Part shown: piece after piece, positions 53,271 to 64,000 of the stretch | Layout of the letters: each line of letters starts with the position of its first letter | How positions within the stretch are numbered: the stretch's first letter is position 1 | NCBI GenBank assembly: GCA_965140705.1 | Contig: OZ223302.1 | Location: 576,001 to 640,000, forward strand | Length of the DNA: 64,000 bases | DNA from: an uncultured Arcobacter sp. | GTDB lineage: Bacteria; Campylobacterota; Campylobacteria; Campylobacterales; Arcobacteraceae | Reading direction: 5' to 3' | Translations under genes and position numbers: made by a program | Notes under the pieces: generated by a model | Seen by the model: the letters and a program-made list of their open reading frames with translations, nothing else | Told to the model about the DNA's origin: nothing | The model's database searches: none

Positions 53271-54964
53271 TGGAACAAATAAAAAAAGAAAACTATCTAA
53301 AAAAGTTTAGTATATTATTTATCTTATCAGCTGTATCTTTTACTATTTTAATACTATGTTTTGCACTATATGAAATCGTAAAGTATAGAGAAATCCTTTA
53401 TAAAGAAAAAGCACAACATGAATATTCACAAAAAACAAATACTATAAACAAATACTATAAAAACTATAAACAACTTTTAAAATCTATAAAAACAAACTCT
53501 TTATTTATAACTTATATAAAAGACCCCTCTAAAGAGAATCTAAAAAACTCTATATCCCTTTTTGAAAGTTTTATATCTTATGATAAAAACATAACACAAT
53601 TAAGATATATCGATATAAATGGTCAAGAACAAATAAGAATTGATAGGCCTAATATATCTAGTGATTATAAAATCATAAAAAATCATGATTTACAAAATAA
53701 AGAACATAGAGATTATTTTGAAAAAAGTATCAAACTAGTAAAAGGTGAAGTTTATACCTCAAAAATCGATTTAAATATAGAAAATAAAAAAATAGAAATT
53801 CCTTATAAACCAGTTTTAAGATTTGCAGTACCTATTTTTGAAGGGAATAAAAGAGTTGGTATCCTCATAATAAATATTTTTGCAGAAGAATTATTAGACA
53901 TTATAAAAGAATCAAAAGATTTTGATATAACTATTTACGACCAAGATAAAGAAGTTTTAGTATCTAATAATAACTTACAAAATGAATGGACAAGGTATTT
54001 AAAAAAAGCAAAAGTAATAAATAAAAATTCTATTATTTTTGAAGATTTATTAATAAAAAGTTCTGATTATGAGAACTTGTTTATAGCTTTTTCTTCAAAA
54101 AGTTGGCTCAATAGATTTTTGGCTTTTTTTGACTATAAAATCTTTTTATTATTTGCCTTAGTTATATTCATAGCTTTTCTTTCAGCTTATTATTTAGCTA
54201 AGATTCCAAAAAATCTTTTTAATAGAATTACTTCTCAACAAGAAATACTAATCCAACAATCAAAAACATCTGCAATGGGAGAGATGATAGCAATACTTGC
54301 TCACCAATGGAGACAGCCTTTAAATCAAATCTCTGTTTTAATACAAGAAATAGAATTCAAAAAGAAATTAAATCTTTTAAGTGATGAAGAGTTCGAAACA
54401 ATTTCAAACAAAATAAAAAACAGTCTGTCTTATATGTCTCATACAATAAATGACTTTAGAGATTTTTTAAAACCCTCAAAAGAAAAAAACAAATTTAATA
54501 TTTTAGATGCAATAAAAAATACTATTACCTTAATTGATGCAAAATTTTTAAATGATTATGTATCGTGTGAGATTATAAATAGTTCTAAAAATTCAATCAA
54601 TGAATATACTATAACTTCTTATGAAAATGAGTTTAAACATGTAATAATAAATATCTTAAATAATTCAATAGATGCATTAAAAATGAGTAATGAAGATAAT
54701 GATAAAAAAATTATAATAGAGTTATCTAGCAAAAAGAATATTATAAACATAAAAATTTCTGACAATGGAGGTGGAATAGAAGATTCTATAAAAGATAAAA
54801 TCTTCGAACCTTACAAATCAACAAAAGAGGCACAACAAGGGACTGGACTAGGGCTTTATATGTCTAAATTAATTATTGAAAATAACTTTCGTGGTAAAAT
54901 ATCTGCCAAAAATTTAGACAATAAAGCAGTCTTTACAATTACATTAAATAAAGACTTAATATGA
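53270..54964 (+). CDS. Sensor histidine kinase with a periplasmic Cache-like domain
   Basis: Two TMs; AHQWRQPL H-box, NILNNSIDA, DNGGGI and GTGLGL; GTG start overlapping the upstream TAG. Confidence 0.92.
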   Translation: MEQIKKENYLKKFSILFILSAVSFTILILCFALYEIVKYREILYKEKAQHEYSQKTNTINKYYKNYKQLLKSIKTNSLFITYIKDPSKENLKNSISLFESFISYDKNITQLRYIDINGQEQIRIDRPNISSDYKIIKNHDLQNKEHRDYFEKSIKLVKGEVYTSKIDLNIENKKIEIPYKPVLRFAVPIFEGNKRVGILIINIFAEELLDIIKESKDFDITIYDQDKEVLVSNNNLQNEWTRYLKKAKVINKNSIIFEDLLIKSSDYENLFIAFSSKSWLNRFLAFFDYKIFLLFALVIFIAFLSAYYLAKIPKNLFNRITSQQEILIQQSKTSAMGEMIAILAHQWRQPLNQISVLIQEIEFKKKLNLLSDEEFETISNKIKNSLSYMSHTINDFRDFLKPSKEKNKFNILDAIKNTITLIDAKFLNDYVSCEIINSSKNSINEYTITSYENEFKHVIINILNNSIDALKMSNEDNDKKIIIELSSKKNIINIKISDNGGGIEDSIKDKIFEPYKSTKEAQQGTGLGLYMSKLIIENNFRGKISAKNLDNKAVFTITLNKDLI

Positions 54965-55573
54965 TGCCATCAATTTATCAACTTGTCCCCAAGTTAAATC
55001 ATCACTTTTTTTATCTTTTTTAAACATATTGTAAATATATCTTGCAAACATATCTGTTTCTAAATTTACTTTTGAACCTATTTTGTAAGTTTTAAACAAA
55101 GTATTTTCAACAGTGTGGGGAATAATTGTAAGCCTAAAAGAGTCTTCCATCACTTCATTAACAGTTAAAGAAACCCCATCAATACTAACACTTCCCTTTG
55201 GAATAATATATTTTGAATACTCTTTTGGTAAAGAGATTATAAAATCAGTAGAATTTCCATTTTTCTTTATTGATTTTACAGTTCCTAGACAATCCACATG
55301 ACCTTGTACAATATGTCCTTCAAATCTATCACCCATCATCATAGCAGGCTCCATGTGAACCTTACCTTTATAGTTTTCCATAGCTAATATTTTTTGTGAC
55401 TCAGGAGAAAGTTCTACGCTAAATGTCCCACTTGCAACCCTAACAACTGTTAAACATGCTCCATTTATTGAGATAGAATCTCCAATCTTTGGTTCATACT
55501 TTGCTTTTAGTGTAAGTACATTTGATTTGAAACTTAAAACCTCAGCCATCTCTCTTATTAGTCCTGTGAACAT
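54956..55573 (-). CDS. ribE: Riboflavin synthase (alpha chain; ribC in E. coli naming)
   Basis: MFTGLI N-terminus; GDSISINGACLTV, GHIVQGHVD and KGSVSIDGVSLTV. Confidence 0.96.
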   Translation of the reverse strand: MFTGLIREMAEVLSFKSNVLTLKAKYEPKIGDSISINGACLTVVRVASGTFSVELSPESQKILAMENYKGKVHMEPAMMMGDRFEGHIVQGHVDCLGTVKSIKKNGNSTDFIISLPKEYSKYIIPKGSVSIDGVSLTVNEVMEDSFRLTIIPHTVENTLFKTYKIGSKVNLETDMFARYIYNMFKKDKKSDDLTWGQVDKLMASY

Positions 55574-55610
55574 ATTTTTCCTTTAAAATTGCTGTAAATC
55601 TTGAAATATT

Positions 55611-55619
55611 TGGTATAAT
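55611..55619 (+). promoter_or_regulatory. Extended -10 promoter for mnmG
   Basis: TGGTATAAT about 127 nt upstream of the mnmG start. Confidence 0.5.
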
Positions 55620-55745
55620 ACCGAAAACTTATTGAGAAGCTAATTTTAAACTATTCTAATTTTTTAACCTAACTTTCAAACACTTTTCAATATAAACAAA
55701 AAAAGACAGAGATACATTAGACAATTGTATACTTATGGAGATGAA

Positions 55746-57638
55746 ATGAAATATGATGTAATCGTAGTTGGTGGAGGACATGCTGGAATTGAAGCTTCAC
55801 TAGCAAGTGCAAGAATGGGTAAAAAAACTCTTCTTGTAACTATGCTAGTAGAACAAATCGGAGCAGCAAGTTGTAACCCCGCTATTGGAGGATTGGCAAA
55901 AGGACATTTAGTAAGAGAACTAGATGCTCTTGGTGGAGAAATGGGACTTTGTACAGATAGTGCAGGTATTCAATTTAGAATACTAAATGCAAGTAAAGGT
56001 GCAGCAGTTCAAGGAAGTCGTGCACAAATTGACATGGATAGATATAGAACTTACATGAGAAAAGTTTGTCACAATACAGAAAACCTAGAAATCTATCAAG
56101 ATGAAGTAAGTTCTCTTTTGACAAAAGATGAAAATGGTCTTGAAGTTTGTGGTGTAAAAACAAAACTTGGTGAAGAGTTTGAAGCTAAAAAAGTAATTCT
56201 TACAACTGGAACATTTATGAAAGGTCTTATTCATATAGGAACTTCAACATATGATGCAGGAAGAGCTTGGGAATTACCCTCTTCTACTTTATCAACACAG
56301 TTAAAAGAGCTTGGACTAAATGTTGGAAGACTAAAAACAGGAACACCTGCAAGAATTGATGCAAAATCAATAGACTTTTCAAAAATGGAAGAGCATGGAG
56401 GAGATGAAAAACCAACTCCTTTTTCATTTAGAACAGATAAGTCAACTTTTAACCCAAAACAACACCCATGTTATATCACATACACAAACTTGGGAACCCA
56501 TGGGAAAATAACTAGTAACTTCCATAGAGCACCTTTATTTACAGGACAAATCAAAGGAAGTGGACCTAGATACTGTCCAAGTATTGAAGATAAGGTAAAT
56601 AGATTTTCTGAGAGAGATAGACATCAACTATTTTTAGAACCTCAAACTGCTATGTGTACAGAATACTATATCAATGGACTTAGTACTTCTATGCCAATTG
56701 ATGTTCAAAAAGAGATGATACACTCAATAGCTGGTTTAGAAAATGCTAAAATAGTAAGATATGGATATGCCATAGAGTATGATTATGTTGATCCAACAGA
56801 ACTAAAACATACACTTGAAACTAAAAAAATAAAAAATCTATATCATGCTGGACAAATCAATGCCACTACAGGATATGAAGAAGCAGCTTCTCAAGGTTTA
56901 ATGGCAGGGATTAATGCATGTTTAGCAATTGATGGGAAAGAGCCTTTAATACTAAGAAGAGATGAAGCATATATTGGTGTTTTGATTGATGATTTAGTTA
57001 CAAAAGGAACATCAGAACCATATAGAATGTTTACAAGCCGAGCTGAGTATAGACTACTTCTAAGAGAAGAAGGAGCAGATATAAGACTTAGCCATTATGG
57101 CCATGACATTGGACTTATAAATGATGAGACTATTCAAAAAGTTGAATATAAAGAAAAATGTATAAAAGAAGCAATTGATTTTATGAAAGAAGAGTGGTTT
57201 ACTTCTAAAAAAGAGAATCTAGAACTTTTAGAAAAACTTGGACAAGATAAAATCAAAGATAGAGTTCTATTAGTTGATATAGTTGGAAGAAATGGTGTTA
57301 CAACTGAACATTTAGATGAATTATGCCCTCAATTTAAAGAGTTAAGTGAGTATATAAAAGAGCAAATAATCATCGAAGCAAAATATTATAGATATGTTGA
57401 AAAACAACAAAAACAAATAGAAAAAATGAAAAAAATGATTCAATTAAAGATACCAGAAGATTTTGATTATAAAGAAATCCCTGGACTTTCAAATGAAGCA
57501 ATCGAAAAGCTAGAAAAATTCAGACCACCAACACTTTTTAATGCAGGAGAAATTTCAGGAATAACACCAGCTGCGGTTGATGTTATACATTTGTATATAA
57601 ATTTACAAAATAAAACAGTAAAAACTGCTAGTGCATAA
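55746..57638 (+). CDS. mnmG: tRNA uridine-5-carboxymethylaminomethyl(34) synthesis enzyme MnmG (GidA)
   Basis: [41 protein letters not shown] and [17 protein letters not shown] 55746 with GGAG RBS. Confidence 0.97.
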   Translation: MKYDVIVVGGGHAGIEASLASARMGKKTLLVTMLVEQIGAASCNPAIGGLAKGHLVRELDALGGEMGLCTDSAGIQFRILNASKGAAVQGSRAQIDMDRYRTYMRKVCHNTENLEIYQDEVSSLLTKDENGLEVCGVKTKLGEEFEAKKVILTTGTFMKGLIHIGTSTYDAGRAWELPSSTLSTQLKELGLNVGRLKTGTPARIDAKSIDFSKMEEHGGDEKPTPFSFRTDKSTFNPKQHPCYITYTNLGTHGKITSNFHRAPLFTGQIKGSGPRYCPSIEDKVNRFSERDRHQLFLEPQTAMCTEYYINGLSTSMPIDVQKEMIHSIAGLENAKIVRYGYAIEYDYVDPTELKHTLETKKIKNLYHAGQINATTGYEEAASQGLMAGINACLAIDGKEPLILRRDEAYIGVLIDDLVTKGTSEPYRMFTSRAEYRLLLREEGADIRLSHYGHDIGLINDETIQKVEYKEKCIKEAIDFMKEEWFTSKKENLELLEKLGQDKIKDRVLLVDIVGRNGVTTEHLDELCPQFKELSEYIKEQIIIEAKYYRYVEKQQKQIEKMKKMIQLKIPEDFDYKEIPGLSNEAIEKLEKFRPPTLFNAGEISGITPAAVDVIHLYINLQNKTVKTASA

Positions 57639-57663
57639 AAACAAAACTCATCATCTTATTTCT

Positions 57664-57693
57664 AAAGGCTAAGTTCAAAAGAACTTAGCCTTT
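57664..57693. terminator. Bidirectional terminator overlapping the stop of the convergent gene
   Basis: AAAGGCTAAGTTC-AAAA-GAACTTAGCCTTT followed by a T run. Confidence 0.8.
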
Positions 57694-58116
57694 TTTTCTA
57701 TTTTTAAATAAAATAATAACTCCAAATATTCCTAAAAGAAATCCAAGAACACTCAATATTTTCAGATATCTATCATATGGTACTTTTTCATATGATTTTA
57801 CTTTAAAATTTTTATCAATATTGATTTTGAAATCTTTAAGATGTGGTCCATGATTGCTTGGCACATTTATTTTAACTCTCCATTCACCATAAGAATCAGG
57901 CATAAAAGCAAAATTCCCATTTACATCTGTTTTACCTTTTGTAAAAGGAAGAGATCCTTCTGGTGCATATATAGTAATAGTTGCATTGCTTATAGCTATA
58001 TTATTTGGTGCAGTTACTCTTATTCCTATTGCACCATCAACTACTTCATAAAAAACCCCATGTGCAAAAAGTGAAATATTTAATAAAATTGCACCTAAAA
58101 ATATTTTCAAATTCAT
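57685..58116 (-). CDS. NikL/CbiL-like nickel/cobalt uptake accessory protein
   Basis: Signal peptide ending FA-HG; GKTDVNGNFAFMPD..GEW motif; HGPH; C-terminal TM. Confidence 0.7.
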   Translation of the reverse strand: MNLKIFLGAILLNISLFAHGVFYEVVDGAIGIRVTAPNNIAISNATITIYAPEGSLPFTKGKTDVNGNFAFMPDSYGEWRVKINVPSNHGPHLKDFKINIDKNFKVKSYEKVPYDRYLKILSVLGFLLGIFGVIILFKNRKKG

Positions 58117-58117
58117 A

Positions 58118-58810
58118 TTATTTTACTTCAAAAGAGATACTACTTTGTAAAGTAATATCATTTACATTAGCATCATTTATTTGTCCACCATAATAAACTG
58201 CTGCAATTATTTGTAGGCCTTTATTTTTTATAGGAACATTGGCTATTCCAAATTTATTTGTTTTGATATTTAGGTTTTCATAATCAGAAGTTTCAATACC
58301 TGCATTTGCAAAAGCTTTCCCATCTTTTATTACAAGAATAGGTAGAGTTTGACCTGCTTTAACTTTAAGTGGATTAATCAATGGAATTACTTCTATTTTT
58401 AATCCAATTGGTTGTAAAAACTTTTCACTCCAGTCAAAATATCTTTTTCCATATTTTATACTTTTTAAACTTCCGTAAACTATTCCTTTGTATTTAGAAG
58501 GGTCTTTGATATTCTTAAATCCATCTTCTCCTTCTACCCAATATCCAGCATCAAATGTAAGTGCAATCATTGATGGCTTTTTAGCTGTTAAAAGCGTACC
58601 CTCTTTTGAATAATCAATACCAGTTTTGATTTTATGATTATTTATATCATAAGCAGTTGCACCTTTAAGTTGTTTTGGTGCAAATTTTTGAAAATGACCA
58701 TGAGCCCAAAATTCAGCTTTGTAAGTGTTGTTCGGTCCTTTTTTTGCAGTGATTTGATGTGCAAATATAGATGTTGCAACAAATAATAATGTAATTGTTA
58801 ATTTTTTCAT
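58118..58810 (-). CDS. DUF4198 (NikK-like) periplasmic metal-uptake protein
   Basis: Signal peptide ending FA-HQ; DAGYW, IEVIPLINPLKVKAGQTLPI and KTNKFGIA. Confidence 0.72.
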   Translation of the reverse strand: MKKLTITLLFVATSIFAHQITAKKGPNNTYKAEFWAHGHFQKFAPKQLKGATAYDINNHKIKTGIDYSKEGTLLTAKKPSMIALTFDAGYWVEGEDGFKNIKDPSKYKGIVYGSLKSIKYGKRYFDWSEKFLQPIGLKIEVIPLINPLKVKAGQTLPILVIKDGKAFANAGIETSDYENLNIKTNKFGIANVPIKNKGLQIIAAVYYGGQINDANVNDITLQSSISFEVK

Positions 58811-58959
58811 TTATCTCCCTTTATTTAAGTAAAGAGATTGTAAAGCAATTATAATAAACAACTTATAATAATTTTATACGCTTGTGTATTTTTAGCACAA
58901 ACTAAAAAAGACTAAGTCAAGATAAATGAGCCTAGTCTTTTTATTTTTAGATATTTATA

Positions 58960-61482
58960 TCAAATTTTATCTATTTTTATACTATCTTTTCCGTGAAATT
59001 CTTTTTCATCTGCATGTGAAACTATTCTTTTTGATATGATATCAGTTTCTCTCGCAACTTCATTTGTATTTTGAGCGATTGAAGCATTTTCTTGGGTTTG
59101 TTTATCCAAAGTTGCAACTGTTTGTGCTATTTGTGAGATTCCAGCTTGTTGTTCTTTTGAAGAGGTAGAAACCATTTGAATCAGCTCCATTGTATTATTA
59201 ATATTAGAACTTAATTTCGTATAACCATCAATCATAGTATCTGCAATATTTTTCCCCTCATTTGCTTTTAAATTTGCACTTTCAACTAAATTTTTAATCT
59301 CTTTTGCTGCTTCTGTTGATCTATTTGCCAAGTTTCTTACTTCTTGTGCAACAACTGCAAATCCTTTACCAGCTTCTCCTGCAGTTGCTGCTTCAACGGC
59401 TGCATTAAGAGATAGAATATTTGTTTGGAAAGCTATTTGGTCTATCACTGTTATCGCTTCATTTATAGCTGTTACTTGAGAATTTATTTCATCCATAGCT
59501 AAAGTTGTTTTTTTAGCTAGTTCTTCTCCTTTTTCAACAGAATCATTTACTTCATGGGAATAATCAGCCATTTTCTGTACGTTTTCATTATTTGATAAAA
59601 GATTACTATTTATCTCTTCTAAAGCAGCAGAGGTCTCTTCAATAGATGCAGCAGCAGAGTTTGTATTTCTAGATAAAGTAGCAACACCTTCAATTAGTAC
59701 ATTAGAACTCTGGTCAAGTTTCATACCATTTGTTTTATTATCAATCAACATATTTGTTATAGAATCACCTAAATTATTAACACCATTCGCTAGTTGTAGT
59801 AACTGTTCTTTAAGACCTGTTGTACTTACTTTTTCTAAGTAGTGGTAGTTTGTATATTTGTCTAATACACTTAAAATATTATTGATATTAAGTTCAAGAT
59901 TATCTACCATCTTATTTAGTACATTTTTTAATTGACTTAATGATGGATTTAAAGAATCAGATTGAATTCTTTTATTTAAATCACCTTTTTCAAATCCAGA
60001 TAAAACATTTACAATTTCATCTATCAATTCTCTATCTTTTTCAATTCCCACTTTTGTTCTATTAATATTTTCATTTACAACTTTTGACATTTTACCAAGT
60101 TCGTCTTCACTACTATCATCCAAATAATCAATTTGTTTTGTCTCATTATTTAGATATTTGAAAAATGAAATTATCCCATTTTCAAAATTCTTAAGGGGTT
60201 TCAAAATAGTATTTCTTAAAAAAGTTATTGATATACCTATTATTACGATTAGAACTATTACAGATATAATCATTAAGGTAATATTCAAATTAAAAATATC
60301 TTTTAAAGCTTCATCTTCTTGTATTTGAGAAATAATTGCCCATTGTTTATCAAATACTTTTATTCCTGTATAAGCAGTAAGTACATCATTACCTTTGTTA
60401 TCAACTGTAATACCTGCTCCTGTTTTATTTTTTAGTGCTTGTTTTATTAAATCATTTTTAATTTCATATAAGGAAATGGTTGTATTAGCACTTTTCACAC
60501 TTTTATTATCTATATTTTTAATAAATCGATGATTACTTCTCATCTTATAATCACTTCCTAAAAGATAACTAATTCCTGTATCTCCTAACCCTGACTCCTC
60601 ATACTTTCCTTCAAAATTCATAATTTTATCTATAGAAGCGGGTGATAACTCTATGATTAAATTTCCTACTCTTCTATTTTCACTATTAAAAACAGGTGAT
60701 GCTAAAAAAGATGCAGGCATATTATAACTTGGCTCAAAAGGTTTAAAATCAGAAAAAGCAACTTTTCCTTTTTCAAGTTTGTATGCTTCTTCATTTACTT
60801 TTGCTAATGCACTATTTGAATAAACTCCCTCTTTCAAGTTTGTACCAAAATCTTTTTCTTTAGCAGTTGTATAAACCACATTTCCCATCATATCGACTAA
60901 AATAACATCATATAGTGAAAATTTTTCTAATAAGGTATTAAATGTAGGATGAAATCTCATGTGGGCAAAAGTATAATTATTAAGGAATAATGTAGTTTGA
61001 CTCATTTTGTTTTTTTCGCCAATTTTAGCTTCATTTTTTATAATATATATATATTGGGCCATAAGTCCATTTTTATTTTTAGGTAAATACTCTTCAAGAG
61101 CTCTTTTTTTAGGAACATTTGGTAAATCAAAATTAATTTTATTTATATATGAATTTTTATAATGCTCTAATACCTCTTTTTTTACTTCATCTATATTTTC
61201 AACATCATTTCCAATAGTATAAAAACCTCTTATGAGATTTTTCATTGCATCTTGGGTAGAAGCAGAGTTTGCGGTAGATACCAATAATCCTTCAATCGTT
61301 TTAAAGTAATCAGAGATATGTTGTTTTTTTGCAGAAACAATTGATTTTAACTGATTTAGTTTCTCATTTTCAGTATTTGTTGTACTTTTATACGCCGTAA
61401 TTACCAAAATAATTGAAGAAAGTAAAACCAAGCTTATTATAATAAGACTTATAAGTTTAAAATTGATTGTCAATTTTTTCAT
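58960..61482 (-). CDS. Methyl-accepting chemotaxis protein with a large periplasmic Cache-type domain
   Basis: Conserved [29 protein letters not shown]; two TMs; [15 protein letters not shown] and [10 protein letters not shown]. Confidence 0.93.
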   Translation of the reverse strand: MKKLTINFKLISLIIISLVLLSSIILVITAYKSTTNTENEKLNQLKSIVSAKKQHISDYFKTIEGLLVSTANSASTQDAMKNLIRGFYTIGNDVENIDEVKKEVLEHYKNSYINKINFDLPNVPKKRALEEYLPKNKNGLMAQYIYIIKNEAKIGEKNKMSQTTLFLNNYTFAHMRFHPTFNTLLEKFSLYDVILVDMMGNVVYTTAKEKDFGTNLKEGVYSNSALAKVNEEAYKLEKGKVAFSDFKPFEPSYNMPASFLASPVFNSENRRVGNLIIELSPASIDKIMNFEGKYEESGLGDTGISYLLGSDYKMRSNHRFIKNIDNKSVKSANTTISLYEIKNDLIKQALKNKTGAGITVDNKGNDVLTAYTGIKVFDKQWAIISQIQEDEALKDIFNLNITLMIISVIVLIVIIGISITFLRNTILKPLKNFENGIISFFKYLNNETKQIDYLDDSSEDELGKMSKVVNENINRTKVGIEKDRELIDEIVNVLSGFEKGDLNKRIQSDSLNPSLSQLKNVLNKMVDNLELNINNILSVLDKYTNYHYLEKVSTTGLKEQLLQLANGVNNLGDSITNMLIDNKTNGMKLDQSSNVLIEGVATLSRNTNSAAASIEETSAALEEINSNLLSNNENVQKMADYSHEVNDSVEKGEELAKKTTLAMDEINSQVTAINEAITVIDQIAFQTNILSLNAAVEAATAGEAGKGFAVVAQEVRNLANRSTEAAKEIKNLVESANLKANEGKNIADTMIDGYTKLSSNINNTMELIQMVSTSSKEQQAGISQIAQTVATLDKQTQENASIAQNTNEVARETDIISKRIVSHADEKEFHGKDSIKIDKI

Positions 61483-61644
61483 CTTTTGTAATCCTTTTCA
61501 CCTGTAATTATTTGTTTTGGGCTAATTATTACTAAAGACTGTATTCAAATAGTATCTTTATGATTTTTTTTTGTTATTTATTATTTATAAGAAGAGATTA
61601 TAAGAGAATTTGGGGGGGCAAGTTCAAGTGAACTTAGCCAATTT

Positions 61645-62898
61645 TTAAAATAGCATATCACTACTCGAATTTTTATCTTTTGATTTTAATTTATCCATTT
61701 TAAATTTCAAGTATGAAGTATTTACATTATGAAAGTCAACATTTTTTGAAAAGTCTTCTTTTTTTGTTATTTGATTTATAATCACTTCCATTGATTCGAT
61801 ATTTTTTATCTCTAATTCTTCTTCAAGTTCTCCATAAGTACTCATAAGTGAATCAAAGGCATAGTGATAATCATAAGCTAATGAACCCTTATCATTGAGA
61901 AGTTTTTTTATAAAAACCCATCTATCAAAGATTATAGACCAAGCCTTTTTTTGTTCAGTTGTTGCACATAAATTAGAAATAATCTCTTTCCATTTAAATA
62001 AGGCAAAATAGGCTTGATGACTAACCCACAACTCTCTTATCCACCAATCTTGATATTTTGGAAATCCTGAAAAAGTTTTTAGCTTTACTTCTGGAATCTT
62101 TATTTCTTTTAGTTTATTGAGTTCATTATTAAGACTTTTTATAATAGATTCAAGTTCTTTTATCTCTTCTTTATCACTATTTTCTTCGGATTGTTTTTCT
62201 TTTAGTAACTCTTCTTTTTCTGCTAAAGAGGTTGTGAATTTTTCTCTTTTTGCATTTATCTCATTTACCACTGCTTCTTTTTTTTGCAAAGCTCTTTCAT
62301 TATCAAATTCAATATTATCTATTATATTTGAACTTAATACATAAAAATGCAGAACAACAATTGGAAGAAAAAAATCAATAGTTGAGAGTTCTTGTATATT
62401 TTTTTCATCTATTTGATCTTTTATTGCTTTAAACTCACTTTTTATATCTTCCAATTTTTTACTAATATCATTTAAATCACCAAGACCCAACTCAATTGAT
62501 TTTGTAGCCATTTCAAATAGTTCTTTATCTTCAAAATTCACATCTATAGGTAATTCTTCTATTATTCTTAAAGCTTCTAATTTTTTATCATTGCTTTGTT
62601 CAACATTTAACTTTATTCGAGAAGGTTGTGCATCAAAATACTTCTTTCTTTCAGCAAGGAAAACGAGTCTTTCTTTCTCTTCTAATTCCTTTCCTTCAAT
62701 TGATTGAAGTTGTTCTAGCATTTTTTTATATTTTTCCACAAGCTCTGTTGCTATTTCTAAAGAGTTTTCTGATGAAGCAAGAGCCATTCGAGAAAGTTTA
62801 TTGATACCCGCTTCATGATTTTTTATTTGTTGTTTTTGTAAAGTTATTTTTGTTTCATTTTCTTTGATAAGTGCTTCTAGTGCGACAATACTTTCCAT
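61645..62898 (-). CDS. Hypothetical coiled-coil protein
   Basis: 417-aa ORF with AAGGA RBS; heptad-rich, with a Trp-rich C-terminal segment. Confidence 0.75.
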   Translation of the reverse strand: MESIVALEALIKENETKITLQKQQIKNHEAGINKLSRMALASSENSLEIATELVEKYKKMLEQLQSIEGKELEEKERLVFLAERKKYFDAQPSRIKLNVEQSNDKKLEALRIIEELPIDVNFEDKELFEMATKSIELGLGDLNDISKKLEDIKSEFKAIKDQIDEKNIQELSTIDFFLPIVVLHFYVLSSNIIDNIEFDNERALQKKEAVVNEINAKREKFTTSLAEKEELLKEKQSEENSDKEEIKELESIIKSLNNELNKLKEIKIPEVKLKTFSGFPKYQDWWIRELWVSHQAYFALFKWKEIISNLCATTEQKKAWSIIFDRWVFIKKLLNDKGSLAYDYHYAFDSLMSTYGELEEELEIKNIESMEVIINQITKKEDFSKNVDFHNVNTSYLKFKMDKLKSKDKNSSSDMLF

Positions 62899-63185
62899 GC
62901 TAGTTTTCCTTTAGGAATATTCTCCAAAATTATTTAATCCAAGCATTTAACAAGTCTGAGTTAGAATCAGAATTATTTTTTATACTTCCACTACTATTCT
63001 TAAATTTAATTATACATTTATTTTATACTTATGCTTACTCTTTATATTGTAAATTTCAATTAATAGTTTATTAAAAAGTATAATTATTTTATTTAGTCAT
63101 ATTTAGATTATACTAATATGTCTATTTAATTTTTATTTAAAGGAAAAAACTATACAATTCTTAAATATAGTTGAAAGGATAAATC

Positions 63186-63905
63186 ATGCAAGTAAAAGAA
63201 TTACCTGAACCTACTCCCTTAGATGAAGAGACCATAAAAGCAATAAGAGCAGCTAGGGAAAAAGTAGAGCAAGAAAGAAAAGAATATGTTCCCACAAGTG
63301 ATCAATTAAAAGAAAATCCTTGGTTAAAAAATGCAGCAACTGGTCTTAATAAAGTCTCAGATATTATTAAAGATTATGAAAATGGTGTTGATGGCTCAGG
63401 AAAATTTACATTGTCAAAATTAACAAATACTTCCGCAGATATATTAAATGATAAAAATGAAACTATAGGTACTTATGGCATTTTTACAAAAGTAGAAGAA
63501 ACAACTACACACCTAGCTTGGGATGATGAAAATTATATAAGAAAAGGGACAACAGAGACTAATAGTATGAGTTTTAACTACACATATAATTCATACGAAA
63601 GCAATCGTTTTGAAAGTGCTAACATAAAATTCGATGTTAAAAATGCAGATAAAGAAATTGATTTTAATAAGCTCTATGATAAATTAAAAAACGACAAAGA
63701 GTTTGAAAAAGACTTTATATCTAGTTTGGACGATTATATTAATAGTAATGATGCTAGAAAACTAATTAATTATTTAAAACAAGCTTTAGAAATTGAAAAT
63801 GCAACTTTAAGTATAAAAGAGCCTAGTGATTTAGCAACATATGGGAATAAAGGAAACTTAAATTCAATGGAAAATAATAGTTCACATTTAAGTCTTTTAG
63901 CATAA
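63186..63905 (+). CDS. Hypothetical protein
   Basis: 239-aa ORF with GAAAGGA RBS and downstream hairpin. Confidence 0.75.
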   Translation: MQVKELPEPTPLDEETIKAIRAAREKVEQERKEYVPTSDQLKENPWLKNAATGLNKVSDIIKDYENGVDGSGKFTLSKLTNTSADILNDKNETIGTYGIFTKVEETTTHLAWDDENYIRKGTTETNSMSFNYTYNSYESNRFESANIKFDVKNADKEIDFNKLYDKLKNDKEFEKDFISSLDDYINSNDARKLINYLKQALEIENATLSIKEPSDLATYGNKGNLNSMENNSSHLSLLA

Positions 63906-63945
63906 TATATAAACTACAAGAGGAATAGATTTTATTTTACTACTA

Positions 63946-63969
63946 TCTAAGAGGTCACTTCCTCTTAGA
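63946..63969 (+). terminator. Intrinsic terminator
   Basis: TCTAAGAGG-TCACTT-CCTCTTAGA hairpin. Confidence 0.7.
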
Positions 63970-64000
63970 ATAAATATTTTTATTAACTCATTGCTAAATG

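Noticed and set aside
58845..58895. TTATAATA direct repeats upstream of the nickel-type genes as a NikR box
   Set aside because: They do not fit TRWYA-N15-TRWYA spacing, and such AT-rich matches are expected by chance.
1511..62344. Many 60-170 aa ORFs overlapping longer genes in the ORF track (e.g. 31845-32354, 25719-26096, 52049-52498)
   Set aside because: They are almost all antisense shadows of well-supported genes, with no recognisable motifs.

Overview
AT-rich Campylobacterota chromosome segment; gene content and protein sequences suggest Arcobacteraceae (inference). In order: 5' part of topA, murB, mqnD, a secreted EF-hand protein, a complete epsilonproteobacterial nuo operon in which NuoE/F are replaced by Campylobacter-type NuoX/NuoY, an AAA ATPase, two hypotheticals, a type I restriction-modification cassette (hsdM-hsdS-hsdR-ygjP), nfo, a lactate/glycolate permease, an MCP, a flavin-reductase-like gene, fumC, a DUF5718-like gene, an IclR-associated CoA-dependent operon (two CitE/Mcl-like lyases, an acyl-CoA ligase fused to a degenerate CitE-like domain, and mesaconyl-CoA hydratase), queH-lpxB-fabZ-lpxA-clpX-mreBC, a REC-GGDEF-EAL/histidine kinase pair, riboflavin synthase, mnmG, two nickel-uptake-type accessory genes, a second MCP and two hypotheticals. 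Main leads: (1) two ~240-255 bp structured, diverged non-coding elements in inverted orientation tightly bracket the R-M cassette with no recombinase inside, and lie next to a gene that may be a degenerate IS200-type (Y1/HUH) transposase; (2) the CitE/Mch/ligase operon looks like an uncharacterised mesaconyl-CoA/glyoxylate route; (3) an unannotated 20-codon leader ORF with a hairpin and a rut-like tract lies upstream of the DUF5718-like gene. I saw no rRNA, tRNA or CRISPR array. All calls come from reading the sequence by eye; no searches were run.
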